64,000 nucleotides of DNA from the NCBI GenBank assembly GCA_964016885.1, contig OZ024744.1:121582001-121646000 (forward strand), in the 5' to 3' direction. The stretch is from Eledone cirrhosa (taxonomy: Eukaryota). The position numbers and the translations under genes are program-made. Position 1 is the stretch's first letter. Each line of letters starts with the position of its first letter. Below are positions 1 to 13,329 of the stretch, piece by piece. Below the pieces are notes generated by a model, which saw only the letters and a list, made by a program, of their open reading frames with translations, was not told the DNA's origin and searched no databases.

Positions 1-3000
1 GAACTGAGGGAGAAACTGGGTATAAGAGGAATCAGATGTAATGTGTAGGAGAGGAGACTGTGTTGGTATAGACATGTGATGTGCATGCTTGAACTTAGAG
101 AGAAACTAGGTATAAGAGGAATCAGATGTAGTGTGTAGGAGAGGAGACTGTGTTGGTGTAGACATGTGATGTGTATGGATGAACTGAGAGAGATACTAGG
201 TATAAGAGGAATCAGATGTAGTGTGTAGGAGAGGAGACTGTGTTGGTGTAGACATGTGATGTGTATGGATGAACTGAGAGAGAAACTAGGTATAAGAGGA
301 ATCAGATGTAGTGTGTAGGAGAGGAGAGTGTGTTGGTATATACATGTGATGTGTATGGATGAACAGAGAGGGAAACTCGGTATAAGAGGAATCAGATGTA
401 GTGTGTAGGAGAGGAGAGAGTGTTGGTATAGACATGTGATGTGAATGGATGAACTGAGAGAGAAACTAGGTATAAGAGGAATCAGATGAAGGAGAGGAGA
501 CTGTGTTGGTATAGACATGTGATGTGTATGGATGAACTGAGGGAGAAATTGGGAATAAAAGACATCAGATGTAATGTGTAGGAGAGGAGACTGTGTTGGT
601 ATAGACATGTGATGTGTATGGATGAACTGAGAGAGAAATTGGGAATAAAAGGAATCAGATGAAGGAGAGGAGACTGTGTTGGTATAGACATGTGATGTGT
701 ATGGATGAACTGAGAGAGAAACTAGGTATAAGAGGAATCCGATGTAGGAGAGGAGACTGTGTTGGTATAGACATGGGATGTGTATGGATGAACTGAGAGA
801 GAAACTAGGTATAAGAGGAATCAGATGTAGGAGAGGAGACTGTGTTGGTATAGACATGTGATGTGTATGGATGAACTGAGAGAGAAACTAGGTATAAGAG
901 GAATCAGATGAAGGAGAGGAGACTGTGTTGGTATAGACATGTGATGTGTATGGATGAACTGAGAGAGAAACTAGGTATAAGAGGAATCAGATGTAGTGTG
1001 TATGAGAGGAGACTGTGTTGGTATAGACATGTGATGTGTATGGATGAAGTGAGAGATAAACTAGGTATAAGAGGAATCAGACGTAGTGTGTAGGAGAGGA
1101 GACTGTGTTGGTATAGACATGTGATGTGTATGGATGAACTGAGAGAGAAATTGGGAATAAAAGGAATCAGATGAAGGAGAGGAGACTGTGTTGGTATAGA
1201 CATGTGATGTGTATGGATGAACTGAGAGAGAAACTAGGCATAAGAGGAATCAGATGTAGGAGAGGAGACTGTGTTGGTATAGACATGTGATGTGTATGGA
1301 TGAACTGAGAGAGAAACTAGGTATAAGAGGAATCAGATGTAGGAGAGGAGACTGTGTTGGTATAGACATGGGATGTGTATGGATGAACTGAGAGAGAAAC
1401 TCGGTATAAGAGGAATCAGATGTAAGAGAGGAGACTGTGTTGGTATAGATATGGGATGTGTATGGATGAACTGAGATAGAAACTAGGTATAAGAGGAATC
1501 AGATGTAGTGTGTATGAGAGGAGACTGTGTTGGTATAGACATGTGATGTGTATGGATGAACTGAGAGAGAAACTAGGTATGAGAGGAATCAGATGTAGTG
1601 TGTAGGAGAGGAGACTGTGTTGGGATAGACATGTGATGTGTATGGATGAACTGAGAGAGAAACTAGGTATCAAAGGAATCAGATGTAGTGTGTAGGAGAG
1701 GAGACTGTGTTGGTATAGACATGTGATGTGTGTGGATGAACTGAGGGAGAAATTGGGAATAAGAGGAATCAGATGTAGTGTGTAGGAGAGGAGACTGTGT
1801 TGGTATAGACATGTGATGTGTATGGATGAACTGAGAGAGAATCTAGGTATAAGAGGAATCAGACTGAGAGAGAAACTAGGTATCAGAGGAATCAGATATA
1901 GTGTGTAGGAGAGAAACAAGATGTAGTGTGTAGTAGAGTTTACTGTGTTGGTATAGACATGTGATGTGTATGGATGAACTGAGAGAGAAACTAGGTATAA
2001 GAGGAATCAGATGTAGGAGAGGAGACTGTGTTGGTATAGACATGGGATGTGTATGGATAAACTGAAAGAGAAACTAGGTATAAGAGGAATCAGATGTAGG
2101 AGAGGAGACTGTGTTGGTATAGACATGGGATGTGTATGGATGAACTGAGATAGAAACTAGGTATAAGAGGAATCAGATGTAGGAGAGGAGACTGTGTTGG
2201 TATAGACATGTGATGTGTATGGATGAACTGAGAGAGAAACTAGGTATAAGAGGAATCAGATGAAGGAGAGGAGACTGTGTTTGTATAGACATGTGATGTG
2301 TATGGATGAACTGAGAGAGAAACTAGGTATGAGAGGAATCAGATGTAGTTTGTAGGAGAGGAGACTGTGTTGGGATAGACATGTGATGAACTGAGAGAAA
2401 AACTATGTATAAGAGGAATCAGACGTAGTATGTAGGAGAGGAGACTGTCTTGCTATAGACATGTGATGTGTATGGATGAACTGAGAGAGAAACTAGGTAT
2501 CAAAGGAATCAGATGTAGTGTGTAGGAGAGGAGACTGTGTTGGTATAGACATGTGATGTGTGTGGATGAACTGAGGGAGAAATTGGGAATAAGAGGAATC
2601 AGATGTAGTGTGTAGGAGAGGAGACTGTGTTGGTATAGACATGTGATGTGTATGGATGAACTGAGAGAGAATCTAGGTATAAGAGGAATCAGACTGAGAG
2701 AGAAACTAGGTATCAGAGGAATCAGATATAGTGTGTAGGAGAGAAACAAGATGTAGTGTGTAGTAGAGTTTACTGTGTTGGTATAGACATGTGATGTGTA
2801 TGGATGAACTGAGAGAGAAACTAGGTATAAGAGGAATCAGATGTAGGAGAGGAGACTGTGTTGGTATAGACATGGGATGTGTATGGATAAACTGAAAGAG
2901 AAACTAGGTATAAGAGGAATCAGATGTAGGAGAGGAGACTGTGTTGGTATAGACATGGGATGTGTATGGATGAACTGAGATAGAAACTAGGTATAAGAGG

Positions 3001-6000
3001 AATCAGATGTAGGAGAGGAGACTGTGTTGGTATAGACATGTGATGTGTATGGATGAACTGAGAGAGAAACTAGGTATAAGAGGAATCAGATGAAGGAGAG
3101 GAGACTGTGTTTGTATAGACATGTGATGTGTATGGATGAACTGAGAGAGAAACTAGGTATGAGAGGAATCAGATGTAGTTTGTAGGAGAGGAGACTGTGT
3201 TGGGATAGACATGTGATGAACTGAGAGAAAAACTATGTATAAGAGGAATCAGACGTAGTATGTAGGAGAGGAGACTGTCTTGCTATAGACATGTGATGTG
3301 TATGGATGAACTGAGAGAGAAACTAGGTATCAAAGGAATCAGATGTAGTGTGTAGGAGAGGAGACTGTGTTGGTATAGACATGTGATGTGTGTGGATGAA
3401 CTGAGGGAGAAATTGGGAATAAGAGGAATCAGATGTAGTGTGTAGGAGAGGAGACTGTGTTGGTATAGACATGTGATGTGTATGGATGAACTGAGAGAGA
3501 ATCTAGGTATAAGAGGAATCAGACTGAGAGAGAAACTAGGTATCAGAGGAATCAGATATAGTGTGTAGGAGAGAAACAAGATGTAGTGTGTAGTAGAGTT
3601 TACTGTGTTGGTATAGACATGTGATGTGTATGGATGAACTGAGAGAGAAACTAGGTATAAGAGGAATCAGATGTAGGAGAGGAGACTGTGTTGGTATAGA
3701 CATGGAATGTGTATGGATAAACTGAGAGAGAAACTAGGTATAAGAGGAATCAGATGTAGGAGAGGAGACTGTGTTGGTATAGACATGTGATGTGTATGGA
3801 TGAACTGAGAGAGAAACTAGGTATAAGAGGAATCAGATGAAGGAGAGGAGACTGTGTTTGTATAGACATGTGATGTGTATGGATAAACTGAGAGAGAAAC
3901 TAGGTATAAGAGGAATCAGATGTAGGAGAGGAGACTGTGTTGGTATAGACATGTGATGTGTATGGATGAACTGAGAGAGAAACTAGGTATAAGAGGAATC
4001 AGATGAAGGAGAGGAGACTGTGTTTGTATAGACATGTGATGTGTATGGATGAACTGAGAGAGAAACTAGGTATGAGAGGAATCAGATGTAGTTTGTAGGA
4101 GAGGAGACTGTGTTGGGATAGACATGTGATGAACTGAGAGAAAAACTATGTATAAGAGGAATCAGACGTAGTATGTAGGAGAGGAGACTGTCTTGCTATA
4201 GACATGTGATGTGTATGGATGAACTGAGAGAGAAACTAGGTATCAAAGGAATCAGATGTAGTGTGTAGGAGAGGAGACTGTGTTGGTATAGACATGTGAT
4301 GTGTATGGATGAACTGAAAGAGAACCTAGGTATAAGAGGAATCAGACTGAGAGAGAAACTAGGTATCAGAGGAATCAGATATAGTGTGTAGGAGAGAAAC
4401 AAGATGTAGTGTGTAGTAGAGTTTACTGTGTTGGTATAGACATGTGATGTGTATGGATGAACTGAGAGAGAAACTAGGTATAAGAGGAATCAGATGTAGG
4501 AGAGGAGACTGTGTTGGTATAGACATGGGATGTGTATGGATAAACTGAGAGAGAAACTAGGTATAAGAGGAATCAGATGTAGGAGAGGAGACTGTGTTGG
4601 TATAGATATGGGATGTGTATGGATGAACTGAGAGAGAAACTAGGTATAAGAGGAATCAGATGTAGGAGAGGAGACTGTGTTGGTATAGACATGTGATGTG
4701 TATGGATGAACTGAGAGAGAAACTAGGTATAAGAGGAATCAGATGAAGGAGAGGAGACTGTGTTGGTATAGACATGTGATGTGTATGGATGAACTGAGAG
4801 AGAAACTCGGTATAAGAGGAATCAGATGTAGGAGAGGAGACTGTGTTGGTATAGACATGGGATGTGTATGGATGAACTGAGATAGAAACTAGGTATAAGA
4901 GGAATCAGATGTAGGAGAGGAGACTGTGTTGGTATAGACATGTGATGTGTATGGATGAACTGAGAGAGAAACTAGGTATAAGAGGAATCAGATGTAGTGT
5001 GTATGAGAGGAGACTGTGTTGGTATAGACATGTGATGTGTATGGATGAACTGAGAGAGAAACTAGGTATGAGAGGAATCAGATGTAGTGTGTAGGAGAGG
5101 AGACTGTGTTGGGATAGACATGTGATGTGTATGGATGAACTGAGAGAGAAACTAGGTATCAAAGGAATCAGATGTAGTGTGTAGGAGAGGAGACTGTGTT
5201 GGTATAGACATGTGATGTGTGTGGATGAACTGAGGGAGAAATTGGGAATAAGAGGAATCAGATGTAGTGTGTAGGAGAGGAGACTGTTTTGGTATAGACA
5301 TGTGATGTGTATGGATGAACTGAGAGAGAATGTAGGTATAAGAGGAATCAGACTGAGAGAGAAACTAGGTATCAGAGGAATCAGATATAGTGTGTAGGAG
5401 AGAAACAAGATGTAGTGTGTAGTAGAGTTTACTGTGTTGGTATAGACATGTGATGTGTATGGATGAACTGAGAGAGAAACTAGGTATAAGAGGAATCAGA
5501 TGTAGGAGAGGAGACTGTGTTGGTATAGACATGGGATGTGTATGGATAAACTGAGAGAGAAACTAGGTATAAGAGGAATCAGATTTAGGAGAGGAGACTG
5601 TGTTGGTATAGACATGGGATGTGTATGGATGAACTGAGATAGAAACTAGGTATAAGAGGAATCAGATGTAGGAGAGGAGACTGTGTTGGTATAGACATGT
5701 GATGTGTATGGATGAACTGAGAGAGAAACTAGGTATAAGAGGAATCAGATGAAGGAGAGGAGACTGTGTTTGTATAGACATGTGATGTGTATGGATGAAC
5801 TGAGAGAGAAACTAGGTATGAGAGGAATCAGATGTAATTTGTAGGAGAGGAGACTGTGTTGGGATAGACATGTGATGAACTGAGAGAAAAACTATGTATA
5901 AGAGGAATCAGACGTAGTATGTAGGAGAGGAGACTGTCTTGCTATAGACATGTGATGTGTATGGATGAACTGAGAGAGAAACTAGGTATCAAAGGAATCA

Positions 6001-9000
6001 GATGTAGTGTGTAGGAGAGGAGACTGTGTTGGTATAGACATGTGATGTGTATGGATGAACTGAAAGAGAACCTAGGTATAAGAGGAATCAGACTGAGAGA
6101 GAAACTAGGTATCAGAGGAATCAGATATAGTGTGTAGGAGAGAAACAAGATATAGTGTGTAGTAGAGTTTACTGTGTTGGTATAGACATGTGATGTGTAT
6201 GGATGAACTGAGAGAGAAACTAGGTATAAGAGGAATCAGATGTAGGAGAGGAGACTGTGTTGGTATAGACATGGGATGTGTATGGATAAACTGAGAGAGA
6301 AACTAGGTATAAGAGGAATCAGATGTAGGAGAGGAGACTGTGTTGGTATAGATATGGGATGTGTATGGATGAACTGAGAGAGAAACTAGGTATAAGAGGA
6401 ATCAGATGTAGGAGAGGAGACTGTGTTGGTATAGACATGTGATGTGTATGGATGAACTGAGAGAGAAACTAGGTATAAGAGGAATCAGATGAAGGAGAGG
6501 AGACTGTGTTGGTATAGACATGTGATGTGTATGGATGAACTGAGAGAGAAACTCGGTATAAGAGGAATCAGATGTAGGAGAGGAGACTGTGCTGGTATAG
6601 ACATGGGATGTGTATGGATGAACTGAGATAGAAACTAGGTATAAGAGGAACCAGATGTAGGAGAGGAGACTGTGTTGGTATAGACATGTGATGTGTATGG
6701 ATGAACTGAGAGAGAAACTAGGTATAAGAGGAATCAGATGAAGGAGAGGAGACTGTGTTGGTATAGACATGTGATGTGTATGGATGAACTGAGAGAGAAA
6801 CTAGGTATGAGAGGAATCAGATGTAGTTTGTAGGAGAGGAGACTGTGTTGGTATAGACATGTGATGAACTGAGAGAAAAACTAGGTATAAGAGGAATCAG
6901 ACGTAGTGTGTAGGAGAGGAGACTGTGTTGGTATAGACATGTGATGTGTGTGGATGAACTGAGGGAGAAATTGGGAATAAGGGGAATCAGATGTAGTGTG
7001 TAGGAGAGGAGACTGTGTTGGTATAGACATGTGATGTGTATGGATGAACTGAGAGAGAACCTAGGTATAAGAGGAATCAGACTGAGAGAGAAACTAGGTA
7101 TCAGAGGAATCAGATATAGTGTGTACGAGAGAAACAAGATGTAGTGTGTAGTAGAGTTTACTGTGTTGGTATAGACATGTGATGTGTATGAATGAACTGA
7201 GAGAGAAACTAGGTATAAGAGGTATCAGATGTAGTGTGTAGGAGAGGTGACTGTGTTGGTATAGATATGTGATGTGTATGGATGAACTGAGAGAGAACCT
7301 AGGTATAAGAGGAATCAGATGTAGGAGAGGAGACTGTGTTGGTGTAGACATGTGATGTGTATGGATGAACTGAGAGAGAAACTAGGTTTAAGAGGAATCA
7401 GATGTAGTGTGTAGGAGAGGAGACTGTGTTGCTATAGACATGTGATGTGTATGGATGAACTGAGAGAGAAACTAGGTTTAAGAGGAATGAGATGTAGTGT
7501 GTAGGAGAGGAGACTGTGTTGGTATAGACATGTAATGTGTATGGATGAACTGAGAGAGAAATTGGGTATAAGAGAAATCAGATGTAGTGTGTAGGAGAGA
7601 AGACTGTGTTGGTGTAGACATGTGATGTGTATGGATGAACTGAGAGAGAAACTAGGTGTAAGAGGAATCAGATGAAGGAGAGGAGACTGTGTTGGTATAG
7701 ACATGTGATGTGTATGGATGGACTGAGGGAGAAATTGGGAATAAGAGGAATCAGATGTAGTGTGTAGGAGAGGAGACTGTGTTGGTATAGACATGTGATG
7801 TGTATGGATGGACTGAGGAGAAACTAGGTAGAAGAGGAATCAGTTGTAGTGTGTAGGAGAGTAGACTGTGTTGGTATAGACATGTGATGTGTATGGATGA
7901 ACTAAGAAAGAAACTGGGTATAAGAGGAATCAGATGTAGTGTGTAGGAGAGGAGACTGTGTTGGTATAGACATGTGATGTGTATGGATGGACTGAGAGAG
8001 AAACTAGGTATAAGAGGAATCAGATGTAGTGTGTAGGAGAGGAGACTGTGTTGGTATAGACATGTGATGTGTATGGATGCACTGAGAGAGAAACTAGGTA
8101 TAAGAGGAATTAGATGTAGGAGAGGAGACTGTTGGTATAGACATGTGATGTGTATAGATGAACTGAGAGAGAAACCGGCTATAAGAGGAATCAGATGTAG
8201 TGTGTAGGAGAGGAGACTGTGTTGGTATAGACATGTGATGTGTATGGATGAACTGAGAGAGAAACTGGGTATAAGAGGAATCAGATGTAGTGTGTAGGAG
8301 AGGAGACTGTGTTGGTATAGACATGTGACGTGTATGGATGGAGAGAGAAACTAGGTAGAAGAGGAATCAGTTGTAGTGTGTAGGAGAGTAGACTGTGTTG
8401 GTATAGACATGTGATGTGTATGGATGGACTGAGAGAGAATCTAGGTATAAGAGGAATCAGATGTAGTGTGTAGGAGAGGAGACTGTGTTGGTATAGACAT
8501 GTGATGTGTATGGATGAACTGAGAGAGAAACCGGCTATAAGAGGAATCAGATGTAGTGTGTAGGAGAGGAGACTGTGTTGGTATAGACATGTGATGTGTA
8601 TGGATGAACTGAGGGAGAAACTAGGTATAAGAGGAATCAGATGTAGTGTGTAGGAGAGGAGAATGTGTTGGTATAGACATTTGATGTGTATGCATGAAGT
8701 TAGAGAGAAACTAGGTATAAGAGGAATCAGATGTAGTGTGTAGGAGAGGAGACTGTGTTGGTGTAGACATGTGATGTGTATGGATGAACTGAGAGAGAAA
8801 CTGGGTATAAGAGAAATCAGATGTAGTGTGTAGGAGAGGAGACTGTGTTGGTATAGACATGTGATGTGTATGGATGAACTGAGGGAGAAATTGGGAATAA
8901 GAGGAATCAGATGTAGTGTGTAGGAGAGGAGACTGTGTTGGTATAGACATGTGATGTGTATGGATGAACTGAGAGAGAAACTAGGTATAAGAGGAATCAG

Positions 9001-9947
9001 ATGTAGGAGAGGAGACTGTGTTGGTTTAGACATGTGATGTGTATGGATGAACTGAGAGAGAAACTCGGTATAAGAGGAATTAGATGTAGTGTGTAGGAGT
9101 GGAAATTGTGGTGGTATAGACATTTGATGTGTATGGATGAACTGAGAGAGAAACTGGGTATAAGAGGAATCAGATGTAGGAGAGGAGACTGTGTTGATAT
9201 AGACATGTGATGTGTACAGACGAACTAAGAGAGAATGTAGATATAAGAGGGAATCGATGTAGGAGAGGAGACTGTGTTGGTATAGACATGTGATGTGTAT
9301 AGATGAACTGAGAGAGAAACTAGGTATAAGAGGAGTCAGATGTAGGAGAGGAGACTGTGTTGGTATAGACATGGGATGTGTATGGATGAACTGAGAGAGA
9401 AACTAGGTATAAGAGGAATCAGATGAAGGAGAGGAGACTGTTGGTATAGACATGGGATGTGTATGGATGAACTGGGAGAGAAACTAGGTATAAGAGGAAT
9501 CAGGTGTAGGAGAGGAGACTGTGTTGCTATAGACATGTGAAGTGTATGGAAGAACTGAGAGAGAAACTAGGTATAAGAGGAATCAGATATAGGAGAGGAG
9601 ACTGTGTTGGTATAGACATGTGATGTGTATGGATGAACTGAGAGAGAAACTAGGTATAAGAGGAATCAGATGTAGGAGAGGAGATTGTGTTGGTATAGAC
9701 ATGTGATGTGTATGTATGAACTGAGAGAGCAATTAGGATTAAGAGGGATCAGATATAGTGTGTAGGAGAGGAGACTGTGTTGGTATAGACATGTGATGTG
9801 TATGGATGAACTGAGAGAGAAACTAGGTATAGAGGGAGTCAGGTGTAGTGTGTAGGAGAGGAGACTGTGTTGGTATAGACATGTGATGTGTATGGATAAA
9901 CTGAGAGAGAAACTAGGTATAAAAGGAGTCAGGTGTAGTGTGTAGGA
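1..9947 (+). repeat. Satellite of 90-bp and 83-bp monomers, running off the 5' edge of the window
   Basis: Consensus GATGTAGTGTGTAGGAGAGGAGACTGTGTTGGTATAGACATGTGATGTGTATGGATGAACTGAGAGAGAAACTAGGTATAAGAGGAATCA repeats continuously. The 83-bp form lacks 7 bp of the TAGTGTG segment. The + strand is strongly G/A-rich. Confidence 0.98.
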
Positions 9948-10227
9948 AAAGAATATATTGACCAGATTATTGATAAATATAAAACATAAGTCGATTGAAA
10001 GTACAAACATATAAAAAGGATCTTTGTAAAGTAAATATGAAATAAAAAAGTTAGGAAAAATACTTAAGAAATTGTTGTAGTCTTTACAAATACTGACAAT
10101 AACATCAAGAACAATAGTAGTTGTTAATTAACAACATGAGTACCTTGAACAGCAGCAACATCGACTGCAACATTAACCAACAACATCAACCGCTTATGAC
10201 AGTAAAACCAAGAATATCAACAGTACT

Positions 10228-10903
10228 ATAACCACCACCACCATCAACAACACCGCTATCACCACCATCATCACCATCAATCGCCACCAACAACAAACCA
10301 CCAACCCCACCACTATCACCTTAACACCCCCCCCCCCCTCCACCACCACCACCACCACCACCACCATCAACACCACCACCACCACCACCACCAATCGCCC
10401 CCCCACACACATTACCACCAACAACCCCACCACCACCAACAACCCCACCACCATCAACACCACCACCACCACAACCCCACCACCACCACCACCAATCGCC
10501 CCCCACACACACTACCACCACCATCACCACCAACAACCCCACCACCACCACCACCACAACCCTACCACCACCATCACCACAACCCCACCACCACCACCAC
10601 CACCACCACCACCACCACTACCGCCACCACCACCACCATCACCGCCACCACCACCACCACCACCACCACCACCACCACCACCACCACCACCACAACCCTA
10701 CCACCACCATCACCACCACCACAACCCCACCACCACCACCACCACCACCACCACCACCACCACCACCACCACCACCACCACCACCACCACCACCACCACC
10801 ACCACCACCACCACCATCACCACCACCACCACCACCACCACCACCACCATCACCACCACCACCACTACCACCACCACCATCACCACCACCACCACCACCA
10901 CCA
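10228..10903. repeat. Imperfect (CCA)n trinucleotide tract
   Basis: About 670 bp of ACC/CCA units with CAA/ATC variants. It produces the poly-Val/Gly ORFs. Confidence 0.97.
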
Positions 10904-11141
10904 AATAAACACTTAATAGGAAGATTGGCAGGTTAAAAAAAAAGGACAAAGAAAGAAAACATGTTTTTTTTAGGTGAGTTGAAGTAATGTTGTGGGGTGA
11001 CTGACTGAATTCATGTTGCCAATAGTTACATACAGTTGTCAGGCTACTTCACTAGACTCTTCAAACACATATATATATGTAGACGTGTGTATATATACAC
11101 ATGTAAACATATATATATATATATATGTAATATATGTATCT

Positions 11142-11219
11142 TCAATGATATTAATAAATGGAAACTATATTTATAAAACCATATTTATTCTATTATATAT
11201 ATTTTAAGGGTACCAAAAC
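11142..11219 (-). repeat. 78-bp repeat, inverted copy of 15446-15523
   Basis: TCAATGATATTAATAAATGGAAACTATATTTATAAAACC...GGGTACCAAAAC is the reverse complement of 15446-15523 with only a few substitutions. Confidence 0.9.
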
Positions 11220-11251
11220 TTTGATACGCCATCATCAGATAAAATACAAAG

Positions 11252-12440
11252 TTTGTTTTATAAATATTGACATATCCAGGAAGAAGATCTTAATGGTTCA
11301 AATTTTTCCTGGGTAGTAAAAGGAAAGAAGGGAAAGAGAAGAAAAGTTAAATATTTCAAATTATTAAGATGAGTATGCAAATGAGGTTGAGGTTAGGGCT
11401 GAAAAAAACGTCATTTTTAGACGCTAGGTAGATTTAAATAATTATTAGGATATATGTCTGTGTAGGAAGAAGGAAGAGAAAGAAGGAAGAGCTTGTATTT
11501 ACGTGAATTTAAAAAGAATTAACAGTTTGTAGGAATGGGGGAATATGATTCCAGAACTTAAAAAATGATTTAGCTATATTATGAGTTATAATATTGTATA
11601 TATAATCAATTAGATTATATGAAGAATTATGGTTGTAAGTACATTTTATCTTATTACATTGCAACAGGTTGTAAGTATATAAATATCTAAATAGATTAAA
11701 AATTGTGCAAGTATAAGTATTATTGGGGGTTTTATAGAAATAAACCACACGTATTAATTGTTTACATTTCTAATATGAGTTACGAAGGATGTTGATTTTA
11801 CATTTTACATAAATTAACAATATTCTGAAAACATTTTCAATGTTGGAACAAAATATTTGAATCTACAAATTGTTCTTCTCTTACAATTTGAACTATGTCT
11901 TTTTCTTAAATATTTATGTAAAATGTAAAATCAACATCCTTCGTAACTCATATTAGAAATGTAAACAATTAATACATGTGGTTTATTTCTATAAAATCAC
12001 CAATAATACTTATACTTGCACAATTTTTAATCTATATAAATATTTATATACTGACAACCATAATTCTTCATATAATCTAATTGATTATATATACAATATT
12101 ATAACTCATAATATAGCTAAATCATTTTTTAAGTTCTGGAATCATATTCCCCCATTCCTACAAACTGTTAATTCTTTTTAAATTCACGTAAATACAAGCT
12201 CTTCCTTCTTTCTCTTTCTTCTTCCTACACAGACATATATCCTAATAATTATTTAAATCTACCTAGCGTCTAAAAATGACGTTTTTTTCAGCCCTAAACC
12301 TCAACCTCATTTGCATACTCATCTTAATAATTTGAAATATTTAACTTTTCTTCTCTTTCCCTTTTTTCCTTTTACTATCCAGGAAAAAACGTGAACCGTT
12401 AAGATCTTCTTCCTGGATATGTCAATATTTATAAAACAAA
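11252..12440. repeat. Long inverted duplication: arms ~11252-11814 and ~11912-12440, spacer ~100 bp
   Basis: The arms are reverse complements. The ORF track gives near-identical peptides on opposite strands (11509-11748 minus, 11978-12181 plus). The peptide VYFYK..NN...SFFKFWNHIP resembles the C-terminus of CR1/L2-group LINE ORF2. Confidence 0.93.
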
Positions 12441-12477
12441 TTGTCCGACAGTAGGTTTGTGAGGCTTTTACACCTGC

Positions 12478-12670
12478 TTTCTTTATTAACCACAAGTGTT
12501 GACACAAAGTATAACATTAAGGACAATACAGGCCAGTATAAATGGGCATTTCTGCATGTAAAAAACAAAAGCAGAGTATGTGACAAAAAAAAAGAAACAA
12601 TGAAAAATTCCCCAAGGAGGAGACTTTCGAGGGTCGCTCGTGGAGAAAGCCCACAAAAAAGCAACGGTTA
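12478..12670 (-). mobile_element. Isolated 3' UTR fragment of an L1/Tx1-like LINE
   Basis: Aligns by eye with 58024-58230 (TTTCTTTATTAACCACAAG...AAATGGGCATTTCTGC...ATGAAAAATTCCCCAA...GTGGAGAAAGCCC), the 3' end of the Tx1-like element. Confidence 0.88.
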
Positions 12671-12899
12671 CCGTTGGTATTGCGTAGTTTTTTTTAGTAG
12701 TGTATTGATGTCGTTTTTCAGGACATAAAGAGGGGCTCGAATACATACCAGATACTACACTACCCACACCTATAGAAATAACAACCATAGGACTAAACAT
12801 AGAATTAGACAACGAACACCAAAATTAACTGAACCAAACACTAATATAAGGATCCCTAAGAACTATAGAAGATCCGGAGTACCTGCACACAGAAAAGCC

Positions 12900-13329
12900 T
12901 CTAACTGTAACTGCCACCTACCGGATAAGTGCTACAACAAAATAGATGCCTGGATTCGAGTATGGTGTACCTGTTACTGTAAATTCAGGCAACTCTACTT
13001 GGCACTACATAGGTTTCATGGCTGGGGAGTTAAAACAAAGATAGTACGTTCACAGACACTCGATGAAGAACCGTAGACTGGAGAACTCTGTGACGCTCGC
13101 CAATAAAATCTGGCAGCTTAAAAACACAAACCAGGAATATAGGATTAGCTGGTCTAAATTATCAAGAGCAAAGGCCTACTACAATGGAATGCCCCACTGC
13201 AGACTTTGCAATATGGAGCTATTCCATATTTTAAGGTACGATAAGGTGCTGCTTACCAGCAAAATAGAAAGATCAATTTTCTGTAGGCATAAAATAGCTA
13301 CCAAGTCCACAAACTTCAAACCACTGTAA
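12900..13329 (+). pseudogene. Penelope-like element GIY-YIG endonuclease fragment, degraded
   Basis: NCNCHLPDKC, then SMVY, then WHYIGFMAGELKQR*, leading into ORF 13063-13329 (LANKIWQLK..YRISW..KAYYNGMPHCRLCNME..FCRH). Contains frameshifts and a stop. Homologous to 18287-18664. Confidence 0.85.

Noticed and set aside
482-10010. Minus-strand ORFs up to 363 aa in the first array
   Set aside because: These are stop-free antisense readings of a 90-bp monomer, with no unique sequence.
10228-10903. Telomeric repeat or poly-Pro/His/Thr gene
   Set aside because: The unit is CCA, not TTAGGG-like, and there is no gene context.
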